Shown: positions 46,807-57,733 of the stretch, in pieces
How positions within the stretch are numbered: position 1 is the stretch's first letter
Layout: each line of letters begins with the position of its first letter
NCBI GenBank assembly: GCA_965223325.1
Contig: CBDCWI010000002.1
Location: 2,560,001 to 2,624,000, forward strand
Source of the DNA: Candidatus Multivoradales bacterium
GTDB taxonomy: Bacteria; Acidobacteriota; Thermoanaerobaculia; Multivoradales; Multivoraceae
Direction: 5' to 3'
Length of the DNA: 64,000 nt
Notes under the pieces: generated by a model
What the model saw: only the letters and a program-made list of their open reading frames with translations
What the model was told of the DNA's origin: nothing
The model's database searches: none
Made by a program: the position numbers and the translations under genes

Positions 46807-48414
46807 TCAGCGGTCGCGGCGCACCAGCATCAAGGTCTGGTCGTCGTTCTGAGAGTTTCCTCGTGCAAAGGCGCCGAGGTCGGCTTCGAGAGTCCTGTGG
46901 GCGTCGGCCAACGGCTCGCCGCGGTGTTCGACCATGTGCTCGACGAGGCGCTCGAAGCCGTACTGGTCGTCGTTGGGCGCCTCGCACTCGTTGATGCCGT
47001 CGCTGTAGAGGCAGAGGAGATCTCCGGCGCCGAAGGCCACCGAGGCTTCCGTGTAGCGACTCATCGGCAACAGGCCGAGCGGTACTCCGCTCGGCTGGAG
47101 CAGCTCGGTTTCGCCGTTGGCACGCACCACGAAGCCCGGGTTGTGGCCAGCGTTGATGTAGACCAGCCGGTCGCTGTTGCGATCGAGAATGGCGAGAATC
47201 AAGGTGATGAACTTGTTGGCGCTGCTCGACTCCGCGATGTGCTGGTTGAGACGCGCGACGAGGTCGGGGTAGTCGTCGTAGCGGTCGACCATCAAGCGCA
47301 GCGCCGAGTGAATCGTCGACACCAGGAGGGCGGCCGGCATGCCCTTGCCGGTGACGTCGGCAACGACCACAGCGAGCCGATCGTCTCCGAGGGTGAAAGC
47401 GCCGTAGTAATCACCTCCAACCTCGCGCGCCGGGCGGTTCCAACCAAGCAACTCGAAGCCCTCGAGCTCGGGCAAGAGGTGCGGGAGAATTCCGCGCTGA
47501 ATCTCGGCCGCCAACTCCATTTCACGCCGAAGGCGCTCGTTGTCGAGGGCCTGCCGATGCAGCCGAGCATTCTCGAGAGCGATGGCCGCCTGAGCCGCAA
47601 ACAACGACAACGAACGGTAGTCGTCCTCGGTGAACGGACCAACCCCGGTTCGACTCTCCTTGTCGCCGACCAGCAACAAACCAACCGGTGAACCCTCGAC
47701 ATCGATCGAGACGGCCATCAGGTAGTGCATCCCTTCGGCATTCGCCTCGACGCTCCCACAGGCTTCGAGGAGCCGGCTGACTTCTGGAGAGTCGCGCGCA
47801 ATCGACGCCGGCGCGTCCCCGAGAATCGATCTCTGCAACCGGAACTCGTCGCCTTCGACCAGGTAGATCGCGCCCCGTCGCGCATCGAGGAGCGACACCG
47901 CGTGCATGAGAATGCTGTCGGTCAGTTCCTCGAGATCGAGAGTCGAGGTGATGCTGAGACCGACGTCGTAGAGCGCCTGCATCTTGACCGAGTCGAAGCT
48001 GTGCTCGAATTTCTGCCGTTTGAGTTCATCGGACAGTTCGTGCAGGTGAACCCCGGCAGTCAACAGGTGTTCGATCGCCGGCTCGCCGGGCGCAGCCAGT
48101 AACTCGGCCGGTACTGCGCCACCCTCACCGCCCTCGAAGAGAACCAACAGCCCGCCCGGCAGTTGGCGGACCTTGTCGTCGGCGGGCATCTCGTTCAGGT
48201 GGACCGGCAGGGCACCGGCACTTCCCACGACCACTCGGCGGCGCCACGACCCGTCGGGATTACCGGCGTAGACACCTGCTGCCGTCACACCAGAGCCTCG
48301 CGCCCACTGGGCAAGGAGTTCTTCAGCCAGCGAGCCACTGCGCCACTGGCCAGGCCCGAGCTGGCTCAGCGCATCCCAATCGACCTCTCGTACTTTCGAG
48401 GTCATGGCAATCAA
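46807..48414 (-). CDS. GAF + PP2C (SpoIIE/RsbU-like) phosphatase
   Basis: ELAAEIQ, VGGDYY, ADVTGKGMPAAL, NAGHNP, YSDGINE, DDQT. Confidence 0.92.
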   Translation of the reverse strand: MIAMTSKVREVDWDALSQLGPGQWRSGSLAEELLAQWARGSGVTAAGVYAGNPDGSWRRRVVVGSAGALPVHLNEMPADDKVRQLPGGLLVLFEGGEGGAVPAELLAAPGEPAIEHLLTAGVHLHELSDELKRQKFEHSFDSVKMQALYDVGLSITSTLDLEELTDSILMHAVSLLDARRGAIYLVEGDEFRLQRSILGDAPASIARDSPEVSRLLEACGSVEANAEGMHYLMAVSIDVEGSPVGLLLVGDKESRTGVGPFTEDDYRSLSLFAAQAAIALENARLHRQALDNERLRREMELAAEIQRGILPHLLPELEGFELLGWNRPAREVGGDYYGAFTLGDDRLAVVVADVTGKGMPAALLVSTIHSALRLMVDRYDDYPDLVARLNQHIAESSSANKFITLILAILDRNSDRLVYINAGHNPGFVVRANGETELLQPSGVPLGLLPMSRYTEASVAFGAGDLLCLYSDGINECEAPNDDQYGFERLVEHMVEHRGEPLADAHRTLEADLGAFARGNSQNDDQTLMLVRRDR

Positions 48415-48445
48415 ACTCCCTAAGGCTGTCGCCGGGCCAGAGGTA

Positions 48446-48796
48446 CTAGCCGAGGCTTTCGACCGCGGCCGCCTCGTCGGCGAAGATCTCGGTGAACTGC
48501 GCCAGTCCCATGATGTGGAACGTCTTATCGATCGTTGGCGTGAGGTTGCAGAAGGCCAGCTTGCCTTCGATCTCGAGCATCTTCTCGATGATCTCGATGA
48601 GAATCGAGATTCCGATCGAGTTCACGATACGCGTACCGGCCAGGTTCAACAGCAGGACGTTGTGACCCTCGTCGATGAGTTCGTAGGCCGCTTTCGCGAT
48701 CTCCTCACCGCCCTGGTTGTTGATGTAGCCGTCGGTATAGATCACCGCCAGGCCGTTGTCTCGGCGGTCTACCTTCAGTTTGAGGCTCTCGGTCAT
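48446..48796 (-). CDS. STAS anti-sigma antagonist (RsbV-like)
   Basis: LLLNLAGTRIVNSIGISIL with the phospho-acceptor Ser; FHIMGL..IFADE. Confidence 0.88.
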   Translation of the reverse strand: MTESLKLKVDRRDNGLAVIYTDGYINNQGGEEIAKAAYELIDEGHNVLLLNLAGTRIVNSIGISILIEIIEKMLEIEGKLAFCNLTPTIDKTFHIMGLAQFTEIFADEAAAVESLG

Positions 48797-48821
48797 CCTG
48801 ATTCCTAATCCGCCCGCTTCT

Positions 48822-49256
48822 TCAACGGGACTTCGACATGACGACGGAGGTGCCGGAGGCACCAGACTCGACGTGGACCTCGTCCATCAGGCCCTCGATG
48901 ATGGTCAGACCCCAGCCGCGCTTGTCGAGTGCATGGAGCTTACGCTCAATCTTGGGTTCTACCACCTTCCCGGGGTCGAAACCAACGCCTCGATCGGTAA
49001 CGGTGATACGCAGGGTCTCGGGTTCTTCTTCGCCCAGGACGGAGAAAATCAGCAATAGCTTGCCATCCTTTGACCCGCTGTGCTCGACGGCATTGATGCA
49101 GGCCTCGACGACCGCCATTCGAACTTCGTCGACCTTGTCGGGGCTCATGGCCATCGACTCGGCGACCGCGCAGGCCTTGCTCTGGGCCTCGATCTCGATA
49201 TCGGGCTTGAGCTGGAGGACGAGCTTGACCTCTTGGAGAACCGAAGGCCTAGCCAT
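48822..49256 (-). CDS. anti-sigma factor / Ser kinase (RsbW-like)
   Basis: AVVEACINAVEH, DRGVGFD, RGWGLTIIEGLMDEV, GTSVVM. Confidence 0.9.
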   Translation of the reverse strand: MARPSVLQEVKLVLQLKPDIEIEAQSKACAVAESMAMSPDKVDEVRMAVVEACINAVEHSGSKDGKLLLIFSVLGEEEPETLRITVTDRGVGFDPGKVVEPKIERKLHALDKRGWGLTIIEGLMDEVHVESGASGTSVVMSKSR

Positions 49257-49352
49257 GAACCGCCCCAGCCATGGGCGAACTCGGCCTTTGGCACGTGGCC
49301 TGCGGCAGCTTAGCCATTGAAGGAAGCATGGCTTTCGGGGACCTTGGAGAAG

Positions 49353-49523
49353 CTACAGCGACAGATAGAGCTGGAGTAGGTAGATGACCACGGGGTGCAC
49401 GCGATCCTCGACGAGCAGCGCAACAAACCCGCCCACGACGGCTGCGGTGAGCAGAGCCTGGGTCGGTATCGTCTCGGCACGAACAGCCGGATATGCAAGG
49501 GCGCGGCGCACGGACTGTAGCAT
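49353..49523 (-). CDS. 56-aa hydrophobic small protein, not in ORF track
   Basis: MLQSVRRALAYPAVRAETIPTQALLTAAVVGGFVALLVEDRVHPVVIYLLQLYLSL*. RBS AGAGGAAGGAAG; sigma-54 promoter directly upstream. Confidence 0.7.
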   Translation of the reverse strand: MLQSVRRALAYPAVRAETIPTQALLTAAVVGGFVALLVEDRVHPVVIYLLQLYLSL

Positions 49524-49555
49524 GGGGTCTTCCTTCCTCTTGGACTGGAAGAGAC

Positions 49556-49572
49556 TTCAAAAGCCCTGCCAA
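49556..49572 (-). promoter_or_regulatory. sigma-54 (-24/-12) promoter
   Basis: TTGGCAGGGCTTTTGAA = GG-N10-GA variant, 33 bp upstream of the small ORF start. Confidence 0.6.
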
Positions 49573-49671
49573 TAGGGCTCCAGGGCCCAAACCCCAGTCG
49601 CGACCCCCACGATCTGGCGCTCCGCCCTTGCCGGCCTGGCCGGCAAGGCCGCACAACCCTCGATCCAGGAC

Positions 49672-49790
49672 TGCGACATATTGTCGCACCCGCCGGAGAC
49701 TTGGCGCGTCGCCACTCGCACGACCGGGGCGAAACTGCATGCTTGGCGGCCCCTTGGGACATTTTGCCCCATGCTGGGCATTCTGCCCCG
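49672..49790. promoter_or_regulatory. three palindromic upstream activator (bEBP) sites
   Basis: TGCGACA-TAT-TGTCGCA (49672), TGGGACA-TTT-TGCCCCA (49755), CTGGGCA-TTC-TGCCCCG (49774). Confidence 0.6.
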
Positions 49791-49842
49791 ACCTGGTTAC
49801 GAACCAGAACTGGGATTCCTCGTCGGGTGGCGCCTGGGAGCC

Positions 49843-51345
49843 TCAGAAGCCCCTCCGGGCCAGCGTTCGGCGATCGATACCGAGCAGCCTCGATGCAGCG
49901 CTCTTGTTGCCGTCGACCATCTTGAGTACGCGCCTGATGTGCCGACGTTGCACCGTATCCAGATCGAGTGCCTGCGGGCCCTCGGTCTCCGACCAGCCGG
50001 TCAACGACTGCAAGAGCTCGACCCCGATGCGTTCTTCTGCCAGCGAGGCGGCACCCTCGATCAGGTTCTGAAGCTCGCGGACGTTGCCTGGGAAGTCCTG
50101 GGCCATCAACATGTCGAGCGCCTCGGCGTCGATCGCCGGCACCGCAATGCCCTCGGCCTCACAGAAGCGCTCGAGCAGGTGACGGACCAGGTGAGGAATG
50201 TCTTCGCGGCGTTCACGCAGCGGCGCCAGCTCGACCTCGACGCCACGCAGCCGGTAGTAGAGGTCTTCACGGAAGCGGCCGCTTTCGAGCAGCTCACCCA
50301 ACGGCTGGTGAGTCGCCGAAACCACCCGCACGTCGACCGGCAAGGCGCTCGATCCACCGACGCGCACGATCTCGCGCTCTTGGAGCGTCCGCAGGAGCTT
50401 GACTTGCAGGCTGTGATCGAGGTCGCCGATCTCATCGAGAAACAACGTGCCTCCGTCGGCGAGTTCGAACTTGCCGGCGCGCGCATCGACACCCGTGGCA
50501 ACCCCGCGCTCGATGCCGAACAGCTCACTCTCGAGCAGGCCTTCGGGAAGCGCTGCACAGTTGACGGCCACCAACGGCCCAGAGCGCTCCGACCAGGCGT
50601 GCAGCAACTTGGCGATCAACTCCTTGCCGGTGCCGGACTCGCCACGCACGAGAACGTTTACGCCGCGAGGAGCGACGCGCTCGACGATCTCCAGCACCTG
50701 CCGCATGGGTGGAGCTTGCGCGACGATGCGCTGGCCGGCGACCTCGGGCGCAAACTGCTCACGCAAGGCACGGTTCTCGAGCTCCAGTCGTTCACTGCGC
50801 GTCTTGATCGTCGCCAGGTTGCGCAGGCCGTCGAGCGTCACGCCGGCCAGTGCTGCAACCGCCACCAGGAACCGGAGATCGGCCGGGCTGAAGGAGGCCC
50901 CCGCCTCGCCCTCGACATCTTCGGCGGACGCGCGCCGGGCTTCCTTGTCGAGAATCGCCAGGTAACCGAGATAGGTCCCACGGTAGGCGAGCGGCACGGC
51001 GAGCATGTGACGAAAGGCTCTCCCGGCGAGATCGCCAGCGCGCCGCTCCACGGCGCCGCCGCTCGACAGAAGCGCCTGCCAGACGGGGTCGTCGAGCAGT
51101 CGTTGCGCCGACGGCGGCGCACCCTGCCAGCCCACCAGCGAGGCCGAACGCGCCGCTCCGTAGCGGTCGCGCGTGACGATCGCCGCGGCTGCGGGGTCGA
51201 GTGCCGCACAAACGCGCTCGAGCAGGTCCTCGACCAGTTCCTCTTCGCCGCTATGCGAGTGCAGCGCCACCAGCAGGTCGTAGAGCGTCTCGAGACGCAG
51301 CTGACGCCGTTTTTCAGCGAGGGTCGTTGGGGTCAGTTCGCTCAT
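49843..51345 (-). CDS. GAF-domain sigma-54-dependent activator (GVATGV variant)
   Basis: GESGTGKE, VNCAAL, ESELFGIERGVATGV, LFLDEIG, FREDLYYRL, Fis HTH. Confidence 0.92.
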   Translation of the reverse strand: MSELTPTTLAEKRRQLRLETLYDLLVALHSHSGEEELVEDLLERVCAALDPAAAAIVTRDRYGAARSASLVGWQGAPPSAQRLLDDPVWQALLSSGGAVERRAGDLAGRAFRHMLAVPLAYRGTYLGYLAILDKEARRASAEDVEGEAGASFSPADLRFLVAVAALAGVTLDGLRNLATIKTRSERLELENRALREQFAPEVAGQRIVAQAPPMRQVLEIVERVAPRGVNVLVRGESGTGKELIAKLLHAWSERSGPLVAVNCAALPEGLLESELFGIERGVATGVDARAGKFELADGGTLFLDEIGDLDHSLQVKLLRTLQEREIVRVGGSSALPVDVRVVSATHQPLGELLESGRFREDLYYRLRGVEVELAPLRERREDIPHLVRHLLERFCEAEGIAVPAIDAEALDMLMAQDFPGNVRELQNLIEGAASLAEERIGVELLQSLTGWSETEGPQALDLDTVQRRHIRRVLKMVDGNKSAASRLLGIDRRTLARRGF

Positions 51346-51506
51346 GGTCGATCGGGCTGGGCCTGAGCCCTCAGGGAATGTGCCTGAGGGGCTGAGCCTC
51401 AGGGGAACAGAGGCGAGCCCGGCGTCTTCAGGCTACAACCTTTGGTGCCATTCGGCACATTCCGGCACCCTCCCACCGGCCCGCCCACGCTACGCTGGGT
51501 CCTCTC

Positions 51507-52231
51507 ATGGAAGTCGTCGTTCAGCCCGATCTCGGGACGGTCGCCGCCGCTGCCGCCGACCACATCGCGAAGGTCACGAGCGCGCGAAGCGGCTGCACGT
51601 TGGCACTTCCGACCGGTCGCACGGCGGTGCCGCTCTACCGAGAGCTCGAACGGCGCCACCAGAAGGCCCAGATCGACCTTTCCGGGACCCGCACCTTCAA
51701 CCTCGACGAGCTCATCCTGCCGACAGAGCACCCGGCCTCGTTTCATTCCTTCATGAAACGTCACGCCTGGGAGCGCATCGGGCTTCTCCCCGAACACTGC
51801 GACATCCCTTCGGGTACGGCACCGCCGGGCCTGGAGTGCGAGCGCTACGACCGCGCCCTCGCCGCAGCCAGCCCGCTCGACCTGGTCATCCTCGGCATCG
51901 GTGCCGATGGCCACATCGCCTACAACCTCCCCGGTCAGACCGCAGACGATACCCACATCGTCGAGCTGCCCAGCGCCCTCGCCGACACCCTCGGCTTCCC
52001 CGACGCCTATCGACCCCCGCGCGCCATCACCATGGGTCTGCGACCGATCCTGGCATCAACTCAAGTGCTCCTGCTGGCGGCCGGACCTGCCAAAGCGCAG
52101 GCGATTTCTCAGATCACGAGCGGCGGCTCGGCGGAGCGTTGGCCTGCCGCGCGGCTTGCCAGTCACCGGAACCTCATTCTGGTGCTCGACCCGGAAGCTG
52201 CGGCCGGAACGGCACCCACGGCCCGCAGCAG

Positions 52232-52235
<4 letters not shown>
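51507..52235 (+). CDS. nagB: glucosamine-6-phosphate deaminase
   Basis: LALPTGRT, TFNLDE, LGIGADGHIAYN, AITMG. Confidence 0.85.
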
Positions 52236-55045
<2,810 letters not shown>

Positions 55046-55093
55046 GCCCGCTACTCCCCCGCCGCCCGGGAGCTACGCAGCACCGGTGAGACT

Positions 55094-55603
55094 TCACGAT
55101 TCACGGCGACTCCTCCTCGCTAGCGTCTCTTCGACCTCACGGTCGAGCTCCCTTTCGCGCTCACTGGCGCGTTTGTCGTGGACCTTCTTGCCCTTGGCAA
55201 GCCCGATCTCGACCTTGATGTGATGACCTTTCAGGTAGATCTCGAGCGGCACGATGGTGACGCCTTTGGTTTGCAGCTGCCCCATCAGGCGATCGATCTC
55301 ACGCCGATGCAAAAGCAGCTTGCGCGGGCGCTCGGGGGCGTGGTTCTCGCGGTTGCCGTGGTCGTAGGCACCAACGTGGGCATTCATCAACCAGGCTTCG
55401 CCCTCGCGAACCTCGACGAAAGAGTCTTTCAGCTGTACCTTCCCGTCACGGATCGCTTTGACCTCGGTACCGCGCAGCACCAACCCGGCCTCGAAGGTGT
55501 CGAGAATGAGAAAGTCGAAGCGCGCCCGACGATTCTTGGCCAGCAGGCGCTTGCCGTCGTCGTTGGGCTTCTTCTTCTTGCGATTGGTCTTGCTTTTGGC
55601 CAT
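55094..55603 (-). CDS. smpB: SsrA-binding protein
   Basis: [41 protein letters not shown]. Confidence 0.97.
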   Translation of the reverse strand: MAKSKTNRKKKKPNDDGKRLLAKNRRARFDFLILDTFEAGLVLRGTEVKAIRDGKVQLKDSFVEVREGEAWLMNAHVGAYDHGNRENHAPERPRKLLLHRREIDRLMGQLQTKGVTIVPLEIYLKGHHIKVEIGLAKGKKVHDKRASERERELDREVEETLARRSRRES

Positions 55604-55941
55604 CGAGGCGGACGTTTCGTTCAAGAAAAGGCTTAGCTACCGCGAGCGTTGCCAGCCGAACCTCGACGGGCCAGCGCGGGAAAGGGCGCGAACCGAGCAC
55701 CGCAAGGTATTGCAGTGGACGAGAGCTTGCAACCGGGGATCAGCACCGGCAGTGTGGAGAGGCCGCAGCGGCCCATCCACAACACTCACATGGTTTGCTT
55801 GTTGTACAAACACCACACCAGTGCTGCATCAACGCTGCAAATCGACGACTGCAGCATCTTACGCCATATTTACGCCACTAGCAAACGCCACGCTGGCGGG
55901 GGTTATCTACGAATTGCCCCACAGGCATTCGTGAATTCGTG

Positions 55942-55956
55942 TGGCACGGACCATGC
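55942..55956 (+). promoter_or_regulatory. sigma-54 promoter upstream of lpxC
   Basis: TGGCACGGACCATGC = GG-N10-GC. Confidence 0.6.
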
Positions 55957-55970
55957 TCAAGAGGGCTCCC

Positions 55971-56918
55971 ATGAGCGTGGACTCCTTCTTCTATCAGCGC
56001 ACCATCGCCCGCCCCGCTGCGATCTCTGGGGTAGGCATCCACACCGGCAAGACCATGCAGCTCAACCTGCTGCCGGCTCCGGTCAATACGGGAATCCGCT
56101 TCCGCCGCGTCGACGCCGGCGGAGTCGAGATACCCTCCGTCGCCTCCTCGGTGAGTTCACTCGAGCTCGCCACCAGCCTGGGGCGCGATGACGTCACCAT
56201 CTCGACGGTCGAGCATCTCCTGGCAGCGGTTCAGGTGATGGCAGTCGACAACCTGATCGTCGAGATCGACGGTCCCGAGATTCCGATTCTCGACGGCTCC
56301 TCACGGCCCTTCCTGTTTCTTCTAGAAGCCGCCGGAGTCGTCCAGCAGCCAGCTCTCAAGCGCATTCTCGCGGTCACCTCGCCAATCGAGGTCGTCCTCG
56401 ACGACAAGCGCATCGCAGCGTCGCCGTATCCGGGCCTGCGCCTCGACTACACCATCGACTTCGGCGAAGACACATCGATCGCCCGTCAGTCGATCTCGCT
56501 GACCGTCGATCGCCGCAGCTTCGAGCACGAGATCGCCGGCGCCCGCACCTTCGCCCTCGAGCGCGACGTCGACGCCATGCGCGCCGCCGGCCTGGGGCTG
56601 GGAGGAAACTCCGACAATTGCGTGGTCTACGGCGACCACGGCCCGATCAATACCGAACTGCGCTACCAGCGTGAGGCGGTGCGCCACAAGGCACTCGACG
56701 CGGTGGGCGACCTGGCACTCCTGGGGTGCCCGATCTGGGCTCACATCGAGGTGGAGAAGGGTGGCCACCTGCTGCACTTCAAGCTCATCGAAGAGCTCCA
56801 GGGTCGGCCGGAAGCCTGGACCTGGGTGCAGGCCGAACCGCTCACCGAGCGGCCACGACCCTGGGTCATGCCACACCCCTTCCTACCGGCAGGGCGTGGA
56901 AACGTACTCGAGGCCTAG
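55971..56918 (+). CDS. lpxC: UDP-3-O-acyl-N-acetylglucosamine deacetylase
   Basis: QRTI..GVGIHTG, STVEHLLAA, EIPILDGSS, ARTF, HKALDAVGDL, GH. Confidence 0.95.
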   Translation: MSVDSFFYQRTIARPAAISGVGIHTGKTMQLNLLPAPVNTGIRFRRVDAGGVEIPSVASSVSSLELATSLGRDDVTISTVEHLLAAVQVMAVDNLIVEIDGPEIPILDGSSRPFLFLLEAAGVVQQPALKRILAVTSPIEVVLDDKRIAASPYPGLRLDYTIDFGEDTSIARQSISLTVDRRSFEHEIAGARTFALERDVDAMRAAGLGLGGNSDNCVVYGDHGPINTELRYQREAVRHKALDAVGDLALLGCPIWAHIEVEKGGHLLHFKLIEELQGRPEAWTWVQAEPLTERPRPWVMPHPFLPAGRGNVLEA

Positions 56919-57004
56919 GAGCCAGCTCCCGGGAAGCTCAGAGCGCCGAAAAACCAGCGAACGGATGCCGGTCGGCAAGGGGCAATCTGTTCTAAGATTC
57001 CTCA

Positions 57005-57640
57005 ATGAGCACCTCGAACGGGCTTGGGCAGCCCGGCCTCGCCGCTCTGCGGCTCAGTCTGGTCGTTGGCCTTCTGGCCATCGCTCTGGTCGCCGGTTCG
57101 CCGATTCAAGGCGCCAGCGACCAGAAAGGGCCGCGACCCAGCATCACCGACGTGCTGGTGAGTCAAGACGGTCCCCAGGTATTGCTCAGCTTCCAGCTGC
57201 AGCACGCCTTCGACAACCAGATGTCAGAGCGCATTCAAAGCGGTCTGCCTAGCGGTTTCACGTACCACCTGCGGCTGGCACGGACGCGCCGCTGGTGGTT
57301 CGACCGCGGCATCGAGGGCAGCACGCTCGAGGTCTCTGCGATGTACAACGCGATCACTCGCGAGTACCTGGTGAACTACAAGCAAGACGGGCGGCTGCTC
57401 GAGAGCCGCGTACTCACCAACGAGGAGGAGCTGCGCGACGCAATGACAACGTTCTCGAACTGGCCGGCGTTTCAGCTCGAGACGGTACCGCGGGGTCGCA
57501 CCGTTGTTCGGCTGCGCGCCGAACTGGGATCGCGCACCATCCTGGCTTTCATCCCCACGACGATTCACACCGACTGGGCCGAGGTCGCCCTGCACGAAGA
57601 CGAGTCGTCTAACGACGCACTCCGGCGAGCGTCGGGCTGA
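57005..57640 (+). CDS. DUF4390 domain protein, exported
   Basis: Signal peptide; IQSGLP..F, RRWWFDR, YNAITREY. Position upstream of an ntrY-like gene is typical. Confidence 0.75.
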   Translation: MSTSNGLGQPGLAALRLSLVVGLLAIALVAGSPIQGASDQKGPRPSITDVLVSQDGPQVLLSFQLQHAFDNQMSERIQSGLPSGFTYHLRLARTRRWWFDRGIEGSTLEVSAMYNAITREYLVNYKQDGRLLESRVLTNEEELRDAMTTFSNWPAFQLETVPRGRTVVRLRAELGSRTILAFIPTTIHTDWAEVALHEDESSNDALRRASG

Positions 57641-57733
57641 ATCGGAGCGTCGACCTCAGCCCGATGATGACCTCTTCCGGGCCACACGTGACCTCAGCAC
57701 CGATCGCGCGACGAAGAGCTGTGAAGAAGTGCC

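Noticed and set aside
49626-49648. Perfect 11-bp inverted repeat CCTTGCCGGCC-T-GGCCGGCAAGG as a terminator
   Set aside because: No U-tract on either side; function cannot be assigned.
51355-51410. ctgagcc(c)tcaggg repeats between the bEBP gene and nagB
   Set aside because: Short, imperfect and seen only here; not enough to call an operator or REP element.
55604-55940. tmRNA (ssrA) near smpB
   Set aside because: No tRNA-like GGGG...CCA ends or tag reading frame seen.
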